DNA of 64,000 nt from an uncultured virus (IMG/VR IMGVR_UViG_3300042308_001603) (IMGVR_UViG_3300042308_001603); one strand, 5' to 3'; shown: positions 32,017-41,713, counted from the first letter of the stretch. A program made the numbers and translations. The notes: generated by a model from the sequence alone, not told the origin.

Positions 32017-33126
32017 TTATTTTCTAGCACCATCTTGTGTGGCATATTTTATTCCCATAATTGTTCCTACTATTGAAAAAGCATTAGTTAATAAAACACT
32101 AAACATATTACTCCAAGTTGAACCAATTATCTGTGTGTCTTGATTTGTAATTATTGCTGCCCAATATAATATTGTTGTTACAACTCCAACTCCAACTATA
32201 ACAGCCAATGCAACTTTAACAATTATTTTTATTAGTTCGCTTTGACTTTTTTTCATCATAACATCTAAATCATTTAAAGCTGCATCTTTTTCTATCTCTA
32301 TTGAGTTTTTAAGTTTTTGAGAGTTTTCTAACTCTACTGTTAAATTCTTTGTAAGTTCATCTATTTTTTTCTTATCATTTACAGCCTCAGTTACATTAGT
32401 TGCAATCTTAACTACATCAGTAATATTTCCTTTGCTGTCAAATACAGGATTATAAGAGGCTTGTAAGTAAACAGTAGAACCATCTACTTTTTTTCTTTCA
32501 AATATTCCATCAAAATACTTACCTTTTCTTAAATTTTCCCAAAATTTAGCATACTCATCAGACTTTGAATACTCATAACCTACAAATATACTATGGTGCT
32601 TTCCTATTACCTTATTTTTTTCATTGGCTTTAAAACCCATTGTTTCTAAAAATATAGAATTAACGTCTGTTATAAAACCTTCGGTATTAAAACTAATAAG
32701 AGCTGTACTTCTGTTAATCGCATCTATTTGTTTTTTGCTATTGACAATTAAACTAATGTCAGTAGCAATCTTCATTATCTTGGTAATTTTATTATCTTCA
32801 TCAAAAATAGGATTGTAAGTTGCTTGAAGATTAATAAGACTTCCATCTTTTCTTCTTCTCTCAAACTCACCTTGATAATACTTCCCACTCCTTAAAATGT
32901 CCCAAAATTTTTCATACTCAAGTGATCTTGCATAATCATCACATACAAAAATGCTATGATGTTTACCAATAATTTCTTGATGATTACCCTTACCATAACC
33001 CATTGCTTCTAAAAAGATGTCATTAACCCCAGTTATAACCCCAGTAAGGTCAAAGTAGATAATAGCATTACTTCTATTTATTGCTTCAAGCCTGCTTAAT
33101 AACTCTTCTTTTGATAGGTTTTTCAT
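32017..33126 (-). CDS. Tandem PAS-PAC domain protein with coiled coil and two C-terminal TM helices
   Basis: Two repeats AINRS...GKHHSIFV...FW..LR.G...ER...DG....LQA.YNP.FD......K.AT; hydrophobic C-terminus; no MCP or kinase domain. Confidence 0.88.
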   Translation of the reverse strand: MKNLSKEELLSRLEAINRSNAIIYFDLTGVITGVNDIFLEAMGYGKGNHQEIIGKHHSIFVCDDYARSLEYEKFWDILRSGKYYQGEFERRRKDGSLINLQATYNPIFDEDNKITKIMKIATDISLIVNSKKQIDAINRSTALISFNTEGFITDVNSIFLETMGFKANEKNKVIGKHHSIFVGYEYSKSDEYAKFWENLRKGKYFDGIFERKKVDGSTVYLQASYNPVFDSKGNITDVVKIATNVTEAVNDKKKIDELTKNLTVELENSQKLKNSIEIEKDAALNDLDVMMKKSQSELIKIIVKVALAVIVGVGVVTTILYWAAIITNQDTQIIGSTWSNMFSVLLTNAFSIVGTIMGIKYATQDGARK

Positions 33127-33176
33127 TTATTTGTTTTTGTTTCCTGAGTTAAACTGATAACCAAATACAACTAGTA

Positions 33177-33434
33177 CTACAACTCTTCAGTTTTGTCAGT
33201 TGATTTTCTATTAGTGAATTTATCTACAGATGCTAAACCTAAGCAACCAAATGCTAACATAGCAACAGCATCTACAAGAACAGTAGAAGGTGCTTGATCT
33301 AGTGGTGAAAAACTATTATGATACATAGTAACACAAAGTGCTACACCACATAAAATACCTACAAATCGTTTTGATGATGGGTTTCCTTTTTCGTCTTTAA
33401 ATAGACCAGCAAACCAAGAGTTTGAAAATTTCAT
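33177..33434 (-). CDS. Putative holin (85 aa, 2 TM)
   Basis: G.PSSKRF motif before TM1, second TM, charged tail; upstream of endolysin. Confidence 0.6.
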   Translation of the reverse strand: MKFSNSWFAGLFKDEKGNPSSKRFVGILCGVALCVTMYHNSFSPLDQAPSTVLVDAVAMLAFGCLGLASVDKFTNRKSTDKTEEL

Positions 33435-33452
33435 AGTTGTTGTTGTTTGCGT

Positions 33453-33460
33453 ATAAATAT
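33453..33460 (-). promoter_or_regulatory. Putative phage late-promoter motif ATATTTAT upstream of the holin
   Basis: Same 8-mer recurs just upstream of ~10 genes. Confidence 0.45.
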
Positions 33461-33483
33461 GTTTAGATACTTAATATTACAAT

Positions 33484-34326
33484 TTATTGTATAGCTTTTA
33501 CAACTTTTCCGTCTGAGTAGTGGTGGAGTACTAATCCACGATATTCTAAGTCAACAATAGTACCTAATATATTAGTAGTTTTGATAATTAATGAAGAATT
33601 TAAAGAGCTATTCACATATATTGTTTTATGTTGTTCTGAAGAGCCATCAAAATCTACTTGAGTTAGTCTGTAGTAGTTTATTGCTTTATAAAAAGAATAA
33701 TCTTTATAGTTGTAAAAGTTAGGTAAATTTGATGTTCCTACACCTTTTATTGTGGCTATTGTTTCCCAATCTAATCCATTTATAGATCTATCTAAATTAA
33801 AATAGTCATTATTTAATTCAGTTTCTGTTACCCAGCTAATATCGTTGTATTCTTTTTTAAAGTATCCTTCAAAAGATACAAGTTCTATTGGCAAACTTAC
33901 AGGACACGTTCTTCTAAATGTAAGATATGACGTAGAAGATATATTTACACATACATAATTAGTAAATAGAATTGAGTAATTCGCAGTAACACTACAAACC
34001 CAAACAATAGATGCTTTAGTTGTTGCACATATGGGTCCGTAATCATCATTTGAAGCTACAAGAACTGCTGTTGATGGTATAATACCAGAATATAATCTTA
34101 AATAAGTGTCGTTTGTATTTGGACTTGTGCAACTACTGAATGTATAAGTACATCCTGCCACCCCACTAAATGTCCAATATCTTTTAGCAGCAGAATTTGC
34201 TGTGACACTCTGCATTGTTACTGTGGGAGTAATTACCCCCATGTTTGTTAAAGATGCTATACTACAGAATTGTGCTTTGTTTACTAGAAAACTTAATATA
34301 AATAATATTGCTAGTAGATATCTCAT
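33484..34326 (-). CDS. Secreted protein with Bacteroidota T9SS-cargo-like C-terminal region
   Basis: Signal peptide ending ..KA|Q; LPIELVSFEG...W.TETELNNDYF...YYRLTQVDFDG; degenerate type-A CTD. Confidence 0.8.
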   Translation of the reverse strand: MRYLLAILFILSFLVNKAQFCSIASLTNMGVITPTVTMQSVTANSAAKRYWTFSGVAGCTYTFSSCTSPNTNDTYLRLYSGIIPSTAVLVASNDDYGPICATTKASIVWVCSVTANYSILFTNYVCVNISSTSYLTFRRTCPVSLPIELVSFEGYFKKEYNDISWVTETELNNDYFNLDRSINGLDWETIATIKGVGTSNLPNFYNYKDYSFYKAINYYRLTQVDFDGSSEQHKTIYVNSSLNSSLIIKTTNILGTIVDLEYRGLVLHHYSDGKVVKAIQ

Positions 34327-37300
34327 TTTAATAAAGTTATATGTCCTACTTTTTCAAATTTAGCATTATCATTATTGATTGCTATTATTGCGTATACATA
34401 TACTCCATTTTGACATTCATTACCTTTAAATGTACCATCCCAACCTCTAGCAATATCAGTAGTTACAAATATTTGTTGACCCCAACGATCATAAACTACT
34501 AAACTATATGCTTTAATGCCAGATCCTTTTGGTTTAAATACATCATTCTCGCCATCTCCATTAGGAGTAAATGTATTTGGTATATATAATAAGAATTCTT
34601 CTTTAACTTCGAGTGTTTTAGTTATTGCAGCTTTACATCCATACTCTGTAGTTGCTACCATTGTAATTGGAAACTTACCTTGTACATCATAAATTCGTAC
34701 TGGAGTATATTCGTTTGAAGTGTCTGCAGCATTAAACTCCCAATAATATGAATAATTATTGTTTAATGGTGAGGGATAAAATGTTACTTTGCTTTTAGAA
34801 ACAGTGTTTGGGTCTTGTGGATCCCATATAAAGTTAGCAACTGGAGTTGGATAAACATTTATAATGTCTGGATACTTGAATGTTTCGCGGCAACCATTAG
34901 TACCAGTTGAAACTGTTTCTAAAGTGTAGTTTCCTGCTGGTAAGCATATATTTATACTATCACCAGGATATACTCTACCCTTATTAAACACATAATTTAC
35001 AAATCCTGCATCTTTTACTTTTGAATTGTATATTACACAAAATGGTTCACATTTGTTAGCATTTATTTGAAGGTTAGGAATAGGAGCATGATTTACATTT
35101 AGTGTAAAGGTATGGTTAAGTGTGTATTGAGGACAAGAAACATCATAAACAGTTACGTTATAAATCATTGTGCCAAGACCAGTACCAGTTTGTATACTTC
35201 CATTTGCACTTGTTAATCCAACTGCTGGTATCCAATTGTAAGCATAGTTTCCACTTCCATTTCCTGCTTGTGCAGTTATAGTAAAACTATCTCCTTTACA
35301 AATTGTTTTATTTGAAGGAGCATTTTGCCAAACAATAGGATTTATTACTTGTAAAACAGTACTTCCGTAAGTTTTACATCCATTCAAATCAACAGTTAAG
35401 CTGTATGTTCCTATGTTTGTTAAATTAACATTAGGAATAAATAAATTTTGTGTATTTGAATTATATCCTGGACCTGTCCAAGTATATGAAGATCCACCTA
35501 AAGGTCCACTAACATTATAAGTACTGTTATAACATAATTGATTATATGGAGTTAATGTAAAATTAACTTTAGGATTAACTATTAATGTAGTTGTGTTTGT
35601 ATTATAGCAAGTTAAGTTTCCATTTACAAATGCTGCTGTAACTATATAATTTCCATTCCAACTTGGATTTAGGTTTTGGAAATAAGTTATCGGTTGTACT
35701 ACATTAAAGTTGTTTGGACCTGTCCAAGTATATGAAATAGCTCCTTGTGCTGTAGCAGTTAAAGCAGCATTATCGTTTTCACAAACATTAAGTAAAGGTA
35801 CTACTGTAACGCTATTAACTGGTACTACTGAAATATTTGTTGAATTAAAAGTTGTACAAGAAACAGACCCAATACTAAATACAGCTGCTACTGAATAGTT
35901 ACCTGTTATGCTTGGTTGAGCATTAAATGTGTATGAAGGTAATGCTCCTGTAAACCCATTTGTAGCAGCCCAAACATAAGTAGGGTTTCCTGCTGCTGTA
36001 GCTGTTATTGATACGTTTGTATTTTGACAAATATTTTGAGGTGGTGTAATAGAAACTGGATTCATTGGAACAACAGATACATTTGATACTGCTGTTGAAG
36101 AACAAACTAATGTAGTACTAGGACTTGTAAATGTAGCTGTAACTGAATAGTCACCTGAGTTAGCAGGTGTTGCTGAAGATAATATTGGGTTTTGTAAATT
36201 GCTATTGTAGTTAGGTCCTGTCCAAGTAAAAGTACTTGCTCCTAACACGTTTGCATTTAAACTTATGTTTGTGCCTTGACATTGAGTGTATGAAGGAATA
36301 ACAGATACTTGAGCAACAGGTACTATTGCTAAACTACTATTTGAAGTTGCACTACAAATACCTCCATTAGTAAATGTATTTGTTATTGTAAAGTTATAAA
36401 TGCCAGTGTTTGAAGGTTGTGCTGATGGTATAGTTGGAGATACTACATTGCTGGTAAAGCCATTAGGACCAGTCCAAGTATAAGTTGTTACGCCACTACC
36501 TAAAATAGTATTTAAAAATATAGCATTACTACCTTGACATAAAGGACCGTTGTTTGTAATTGAAGTAGATGGATTTGGATTAACCCATATTTGTATTGTA
36601 GCTGTTGTATTACAACCATTTCCAGGGGCTATATTTAATGTATAAATTCCACTCATTGCTACTGAAGTTGCTGTAAAACTAGGATTCATCTGATTGCTTG
36701 TGAATCCGTTAGGACCAGCCCAAGTATAAGTGTAAGTGGCTGGGTTTCCTGATCCTCCAGTTATTGTTGTGTTTATGTTTATTACTTGACCAACACAAAC
36801 AGGAGAGTTGCTAGTTAATGTTACTGTACCTGTTCCTGGAGGATTTATACCTACATACAACATATAATCTTCACATTCACCATAAGTGTAAGTGGTGCAA
36901 GGATCTATAAAATTACCACTACTAGAATAAACACAACGAACTCTTAATCTATATGCTCCAGGTGCTTGTGTTAGTGGTACTGTAAAGTTTCCTGATATGA
37001 ATGTTCCTGCAGGTGGTACTCCAGTTCCAATCAATCTTTCTGCTGGTAAGTTAAATACATTATTATTATTCCAATCAACAAATAAAGCAAAACCTTGACT
37101 AAAGGTATTACCTGATTGGAAGTTGCAAGTAATTACTTGTCCTGGATTTACTTTAAGGTAGTGTTGGCAACCCCAAAATCTATAATTTTTAGTACCACTT
37201 AAGTTTTGAGCATTACAACCTGAGTTATTGTTTACAATGTTTGTTATTGCTCCGGTTGTATTAAAGCTATTGATAAAGTCATTAACACTATTGCCCGGTG

Positions 37301-37445
37301 AGTTTGAAGGTCCAAACTGATTGCAAGGTTGCATTATATAATTAGGCATACAATAAGGTGCTGGGCCTATTCCTATTTGTGAAAAAATTAATGAGGGAAT
37401 GATGGTTGCTAAAAATATTAGCAAAGTAATTAAGATTTTTTTCAT
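34323..37445 (-). CDS. Large secreted adhesin-like protein: GEVED domain, ~7 Ig-like repeats, PKD, gliding-motility (T9SS type B) CTD
   Basis: Signal peptide ..FS|Q; VDWNNNNVF...GECEDY; YTWTGPNGF repeats; YIPNTFTPNGDGENDVF...YDRWG...WDG...GHITLLK. Confidence 0.9.
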   Translation of the reverse strand: MKKILITLLIFLATIIPSLIFSQIGIGPAPYCMPNYIMQPCNQFGPSNSPGNSVNDFINSFNTTGAITNIVNNNSGCNAQNLSGTKNYRFWGCQHYLKVNPGQVITCNFQSGNTFSQGFALFVDWNNNNVFNLPAERLIGTGVPPAGTFISGNFTVPLTQAPGAYRLRVRCVYSSSGNFIDPCTTYTYGECEDYMLYVGINPPGTGTVTLTSNSPVCVGQVININTTITGGSGNPATYTYTWAGPNGFTSNQMNPSFTATSVAMSGIYTLNIAPGNGCNTTATIQIWVNPNPSTSITNNGPLCQGSNAIFLNTILGSGVTTYTWTGPNGFTSNVVSPTIPSAQPSNTGIYNFTITNTFTNGGICSATSNSSLAIVPVAQVSVIPSYTQCQGTNISLNANVLGASTFTWTGPNYNSNLQNPILSSATPANSGDYSVTATFTSPSTTLVCSSTAVSNVSVVPMNPVSITPPQNICQNTNVSITATAAGNPTYVWAATNGFTGALPSYTFNAQPSITGNYSVAAVFSIGSVSCTTFNSTNISVVPVNSVTVVPLLNVCENDNAALTATAQGAISYTWTGPNNFNVVQPITYFQNLNPSWNGNYIVTAAFVNGNLTCYNTNTTTLIVNPKVNFTLTPYNQLCYNSTYNVSGPLGGSSYTWTGPGYNSNTQNLFIPNVNLTNIGTYSLTVDLNGCKTYGSTVLQVINPIVWQNAPSNKTICKGDSFTITAQAGNGSGNYAYNWIPAVGLTSANGSIQTGTGLGTMIYNVTVYDVSCPQYTLNHTFTLNVNHAPIPNLQINANKCEPFCVIYNSKVKDAGFVNYVFNKGRVYPGDSINICLPAGNYTLETVSTGTNGCRETFKYPDIINVYPTPVANFIWDPQDPNTVSKSKVTFYPSPLNNNYSYYWEFNAADTSNEYTPVRIYDVQGKFPITMVATTEYGCKAAITKTLEVKEEFLLYIPNTFTPNGDGENDVFKPKGSGIKAYSLVVYDRWGQQIFVTTDIARGWDGTFKGNECQNGVYVYAIIAINNDNAKFEKVGHITLLK

Positions 37446-37549
37446 GATGGTTGGTTTTATTATAACTATTTTATTTATTTTTGTGCTGTGAGCTTTTAGC
37501 TCATTTATAACCGTTATTTACTCAATAAAGAGCCTTGATATTTTTATTT

Positions 37550-38770
37550 TTAATTTGATAAAGGTGCTTTAATGGTTGGGTGCGATTGATAGTTACTTAA
37601 TTGTATATCTTCTTCTAATAAACATTTACAAAAGTTATCGTCTTTAAATGATTTAAATACTTTAACAGCATCTAATGGACCTACACCACACTCACCACCT
37701 TCATAAGGCCAAAACTCTGTATTGATGTTTAATGTTGGTAATGGAAATGGTTCTCTTGTTTGTTTTGGAATATTATGTTCATCACATGTAAGGTGAATAT
37801 TACCGAATTGGAATTCTTTCCATAATCCTTTTTTTCTGCCGAGTTCCATTCTTTCTAATTCATCAAATTCTCTACCAATCTGTTCTTTTGCTTGTTCAAC
37901 ATGGTTTGAATATAAATGAGTATCACCTAAGTTTCCAATTAGCTCATCAGGAACCATATTAACTGCTTTAGCAATGATTTCTAATAGTAAGCCATAAGAA
38001 GCAATATTGAATGGTAACCCTAAGAATGTATCTACTGAACGTTGATTCCACATTAAAGAGATTGCTCGTGTTGGTGATTCATTTTCAACAACTTCTCTTA
38101 TATGATCGTGGTCTAAATTACCAACTAACAAATCATATCCTTTATTGTCTTCTAACCATTTTGCTCGTTCTTCCAAACTCAACTCTCTTGTATAAACTTG
38201 AAATCCATAATGACAAGGTGGAAGAACTGAGTGTTGGTTATAACCAGGATGCCAAGCGGTAACCATTAATCTTCTACTATCTGGATTTGTTTTTAAATCA
38301 TCAATAAGGTTTTGTATTTGGTCAATACCACCGTAGCTATCCTCATCAAACTTTCTCCACATCCTTCCGTAGATTGGTCCTAGTTCACCCCACTTCTTAG
38401 CAAACTCATCATCTGTTTTGATTTTGTTGATAAAACCCTCCTTTGATAGTGGAAAATCATTATTAAGTTTTTTATTATATGCTATTTCAGTAAAATACCT
38501 TTTATAAGCATCACCATCCCAAATATGACAATTATTATCAACCAAATACTTAATATTTGTATCACCTCGTAAGAACCAAAGAAGTTCTGTTACTACTGAT
38601 TTCCAAGCCATCTTTTTAGTTGTGAGTAAAGGAAACCCATCACTCATTTTATGACGTATTTGTCTTCCAAATACTGATAGTGTTCCTGTTCCAGTGCGAT
38701 CTCCTTTTTGTATTCCGTTGTCTAGGATGTCTTGGAGTAGGTCTGTGTATTGTTTATCTAGGTTGTTCAT
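37550..38770 (-). CDS. thyA: Thymidylate synthase
   Basis: DRTGTGT, ELLWFLRG, LPPCH, QRSVDTFLGLPFNIASY. Confidence 0.97.
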   Translation of the reverse strand: MNNLDKQYTDLLQDILDNGIQKGDRTGTGTLSVFGRQIRHKMSDGFPLLTTKKMAWKSVVTELLWFLRGDTNIKYLVDNNCHIWDGDAYKRYFTEIAYNKKLNNDFPLSKEGFINKIKTDDEFAKKWGELGPIYGRMWRKFDEDSYGGIDQIQNLIDDLKTNPDSRRLMVTAWHPGYNQHSVLPPCHYGFQVYTRELSLEERAKWLEDNKGYDLLVGNLDHDHIREVVENESPTRAISLMWNQRSVDTFLGLPFNIASYGLLLEIIAKAVNMVPDELIGNLGDTHLYSNHVEQAKEQIGREFDELERMELGRKKGLWKEFQFGNIHLTCDEHNIPKQTREPFPLPTLNINTEFWPYEGGECGVGPLDAVKVFKSFKDDNFCKCLLEEDIQLSNYQSHPTIKAPLSN

Positions 38771-38776
38771 TTTTAT

Positions 38777-39049
38777 TTAATTAAAATATACAATATGTGA
38801 ATTTTTCATTTCTGTTATTAAGCTTTTTTCTCCATCTACTCCCAAAATCCTTATACAATTTTTTATAAAATATAAAGGTTTACCATCTTCAGAATTAGTA
38901 GATTCAGGAAATTTTACTGCTACTAAATTTTGGAAACCAAATATATTGTTAAATTTCTTAGAATTTATATAAAACTTGGATTCGTATATATTTCCGGAAC
39001 TGGATCTATAAAAAGCTAAATACTTTATATACATAGATTCCTTATCCAT
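38777..39049 (-). CDS. Hypothetical protein
   Basis: ORF track. Confidence 0.65.
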   Translation of the reverse strand: MDKESMYIKYLAFYRSSSGNIYESKFYINSKKFNNIFGFQNLVAVKFPESTNSEDGKPLYFIKNCIRILGVDGEKSLITEMKNSHIVYFN

Positions 39050-39227
39050 TAATAATCTCTTTTAGACGTTTAAGTTCAGCGATTACATCATCGCCTAATT
39101 CAATTTTAGACATCATTGATAAGTCCATTACTTGAGAGTATAATACATTGATTAACTCTTGTTGAGCTGCCATTTTTGCAGATATCATTTGTGGTACATT
39201 TTCTAATTCTTCTTGTGTCATGTTCAT
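39042..39227 (-). CDS. Hypothetical protein
   Basis: ORF track. Confidence 0.7.
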   Translation of the reverse strand: MNMTQEELENVPQMISAKMAAQQELINVLYSQVMDLSMMSKIELGDDVIAELKRLKEIING

Positions 39228-39228
39228 T

Positions 39229-39495
39229 TTATGAGCTTATTAGTACTGATAAGTAAATTCCTACATATGATCCTATTACAGAACCAGTTACATAACCAAT
39301 CCATTGATGGAATGTATCTGTGGATTGAGCTATTTTCCTAATTATAAAAAAATTCATTGACGCAACTAAAAAATCTGTTAGTGCTGCTTCATGATAATGA
39401 GCTTCAGCTACTGCTCTAAAATTTATACATAATATTGAATACAAAACAATTTGTATTACGCCTAGTGTTATTGCTTCTTTTATTTTTTCTTTCAT
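39229..39495 (-). CDS. Small membrane protein (about 3 TM)
   Basis: Hydrophobic segments; GYVTGSVIGSYVG. Confidence 0.7.
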   Translation of the reverse strand: MKEKIKEAITLGVIQIVLYSILCINFRAVAEAHYHEAALTDFLVASMNFFIIRKIAQSTDTFHQWIGYVTGSVIGSYVGIYLSVLISS

Positions 39496-39662
39496 TATAC
39501 CATTTCTTCAATTATTCCTATTACTTCTGATAATACTAATACTACTGCTCCTACTCCTAAATTGAACGGCAGGATAAAATATCCTGCTATTCGAATTCCG
39601 GATTTAAGAAAACTAATTTGTTTATGTAGTTTTGGGTCTGGGTGTTTAGAATCTTTGTCCAT
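39495..39662 (-). CDS. 55-aa membrane protein (MDKDSKHPDPKLHKQISFLKSGIRIAGYFIL...EVIGIIEEMV), not in ORF track
   Basis: Manual translation; fills the gap after folE. Confidence 0.7.
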   Translation of the reverse strand: MDKDSKHPDPKLHKQISFLKSGIRIAGYFILPFNLGVGAVVLVLSEVIGIIEEMV

Positions 39663-40281
39663 TTGTAGAAATTGAGTGTAAAAATTCTTCTCTAATTAAA
39701 TTATCTTTCTCCATAAACACACCACTAAATTTATTAGTTGTCATTACTGATTCAGGATGTTTAATACCACGTAATCCGCAACACATATGTTTTGAGGAAA
39801 TACTAACTGCTACTGATCTGCAATCCATTTTTTCACTTAAAAATGTATGAATTTGTTGAGTTAATGATTCTTGCATTTGAGGACGACGAGCAAACCAATC
39901 AACAATTCTGTTTAATTTACTTAATCCTACTGCTTTTTCTCCTGGGATGTAACCAATTGTACACCACCCATAGAATGGTAAGTTATGATGAGCACACATA
40001 CTATTTACTCTAATTCCTGATTGAATTACTACTCCATCATAATTATCTTCATTTGGAAATGAAGTAACATTAGGTGCTTCAGATAAAGAACCAACAATTA
40101 AATCTTTAGTCCAACTTTTAGCTACTCGAAGAGGAGTATCAATTGTTTGAGGATCTTTTTCATAATCAAAACCTAATGATTTTAAAAAGTTTCCATAATG
40201 TTTAGATGCATCCTTAATCATTTTTTCGATTTCTTTAGGAGTGCGGGGCTTGTTTTCGTTTGCTTTGTTTATATATTCCAT
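39646..40281 (-). CDS. folE: GTP cyclohydrolase I
   Basis: TPLRVAK, SMCAHHNLPF, GLSKLNRIV, RRPQMQE, HMC...RG. Confidence 0.95.
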   Translation of the reverse strand: MEYINKANENKPRTPKEIEKMIKDASKHYGNFLKSLGFDYEKDPQTIDTPLRVAKSWTKDLIVGSLSEAPNVTSFPNEDNYDGVVIQSGIRVNSMCAHHNLPFYGWCTIGYIPGEKAVGLSKLNRIVDWFARRPQMQESLTQQIHTFLSEKMDCRSVAVSISSKHMCCGLRGIKHPESVMTTNKFSGVFMEKDNLIREEFLHSISTNGQRF

Positions 40282-40306
40282 ATTTTTTAATTTATTTTTT
40301 AATTTG

Positions 40307-41071
40307 TTATACACCTCTTTTATCATTGTAAGCTACAATGTGATCTCTACCTGTAAAATTATATCCTCGTTTAATACATTCTTCCATTACATAAGGATAA
40401 TTAGGTTGTAATTTATCTAAAGTATCTCCTGCAGGCATAACCCAAACCTTGTTTTTAGGTATTTTATGTATTTTAATAAACTCTTCTATTTCATCCCATA
40501 TTTCAGGTTCGTTTCTATCTACTACTGGTTTAAAATGATAATCTAAATGGTAATCAAGCATTTTCTTTATTTCATCATGTTTCATTCTAAATTTATTGTG
40601 TTGATCGATCATTCTTTGATCTACATCTTTATTTGCTGGTGTTTTAGTTCCTAGTTTAGGTAATGAATTTTTAAATTTAGGAGATAAAGATATTAAGTCT
40701 ATTTTGTAATTTGTTTCAATAAAATGACTACCTTCAGTTTCAATAGTAACATACATTCCTCTCATGGTTTTAGCCATATTAATCAATGTATCAACTAATT
40801 CAGGATGCATAGTTGGAGAACCACCTGATATCATTAAGTGGTTGATTTGGGGATTAGCTTCAAATAATTCTTCAATAGCTTTTAATGTCCAAGTACCTTT
40901 TTCAGGGTGAATACTTGTATACCAGCTGTCGCACCAACCACCTTCACCAAAATAGCATCTGTGGGTACACCCTGTTGTTCTTATTAAAAAGTGAGGATAC
41001 CCTGCTCTAGATCCCTCTGTTTGAATGCATACATATGCTTCAATTATTGGTTGTATTTTATTATAGTCCAT
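40307..41071 (-). CDS. queE: 7-carboxy-7-deazaguanine synthase (radical SAM)
   Basis: IQTEG..AG, RTTGCTHRC...WCDS, SGGSP, IETEG, SLSPK. Confidence 0.9.
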   Translation of the reverse strand: MDYNKIQPIIEAYVCIQTEGSRAGYPHFLIRTTGCTHRCYFGEGGWCDSWYTSIHPEKGTWTLKAIEELFEANPQINHLMISGGSPTMHPELVDTLINMAKTMRGMYVTIETEGSHFIETNYKIDLISLSPKFKNSLPKLGTKTPANKDVDQRMIDQHNKFRMKHDEIKKMLDYHLDYHFKPVVDRNEPEIWDEIEEFIKIHKIPKNKVWVMPAGDTLDKLQPNYPYVMEECIKRGYNFTGRDHIVAYNDKRGV

Positions 41072-41681
41072 ATATATAATTTATTTTAAATTGCTGCAAA
41101 TCTTATTAAAGATACTATATGGCCTTTTGGCCTGTATTCTTCAGGATTGTCTAGTACCTTTTCTAACATATCACGAATCATTTGTTTATCATCTTCATAT
41201 GTTCTTACCGGAGCATCTAGGTCTTGAGGAAACTCAGGTGACCAAGTTAAAGTGATACTTTGTTTTGGTTCAAATGTTTCTGGATTGTATGTTGTGGGTG
41301 CAAATACACATCCATCTTTTACTGGTTTGTACATTTCTCCTGGTTCGTACATTTTTGGAGTAAATGTTACAGTATACACATATCCTACTTTATGTTTGTA
41401 AGTCGGATTGTCTGAGTCTGATATTCTAAGAGACGTTGCAACGAATGGTGTTTTTCCATCTTCTGCGAGTCCTGAAGGTAATGTCATCCATATAATTTTA
41501 TCAAACTCAAAATGTTTGATTAGTTCTGCTTCTACTTGAATACGCTGTTCTTCTGTTGAGTTTTTAATGCTAAAATCCTCCATTGAGTTTCCACATATTG
41601 ACAATAGTTTTTCTGTTAAATTTGATTTCATGATTTATTTTTTTATAATGTTATGGTTACCATATATATAATTTATTTTAA
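41068..41681. repeat. 22-bp exact direct repeat (41068..41089 and 41660..41681) flanking gene 41086..41631
   Basis: ccatatatataatttattttaa at both positions. Confidence 0.85.
41086..41631 (-). CDS. Hypothetical protein inserted between queD and queE
   Basis: ORF track; flanked by direct repeats. Confidence 0.75.
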   Translation of the reverse strand: MKSNLTEKLLSICGNSMEDFSIKNSTEEQRIQVEAELIKHFEFDKIIWMTLPSGLAEDGKTPFVATSLRISDSDNPTYKHKVGYVYTVTFTPKMYEPGEMYKPVKDGCVFAPTTYNPETFEPKQSITLTWSPEFPQDLDAPVRTYEDDKQMIRDMLEKVLDNPEEYRPKGHIVSLIRFAAI

Positions 41682-41713
41682 TATCTCCGAATGTGGTTGT
41701 TACAACCCAAAAA

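Noticed and set aside
32017..33126. PAS protein as a truncated chemoreceptor pseudogene
   Set aside because: The frame is intact and ends in a coherent 2-TM segment; no MCP remnant follows, and the endolysin starts 35 nt later.
37446..37549. Riboswitch or ncRNA upstream of the large T9SS cargo gene
   Set aside because: Only a 6-bp hairpin (TGAGCT-AAA-AGCTCA); no known aptamer consensus recognised.
39569..39587. Perfect 8-bp inverted repeat GCAGGATA-AAA-TATCCTGC
   Set aside because: Lies inside a plausible 55-aa ORF and lacks a U-tract; could be chance.
41632..41713. preQ1 riboswitch in the que cluster
   Set aside because: Only short hairpins (GGTTG-TAA-CAACC, TATGG-TAA-CCATA) are present; the preQ1-I loop/pseudoknot consensus is not matched, and the region is explained by the 22-bp duplication.
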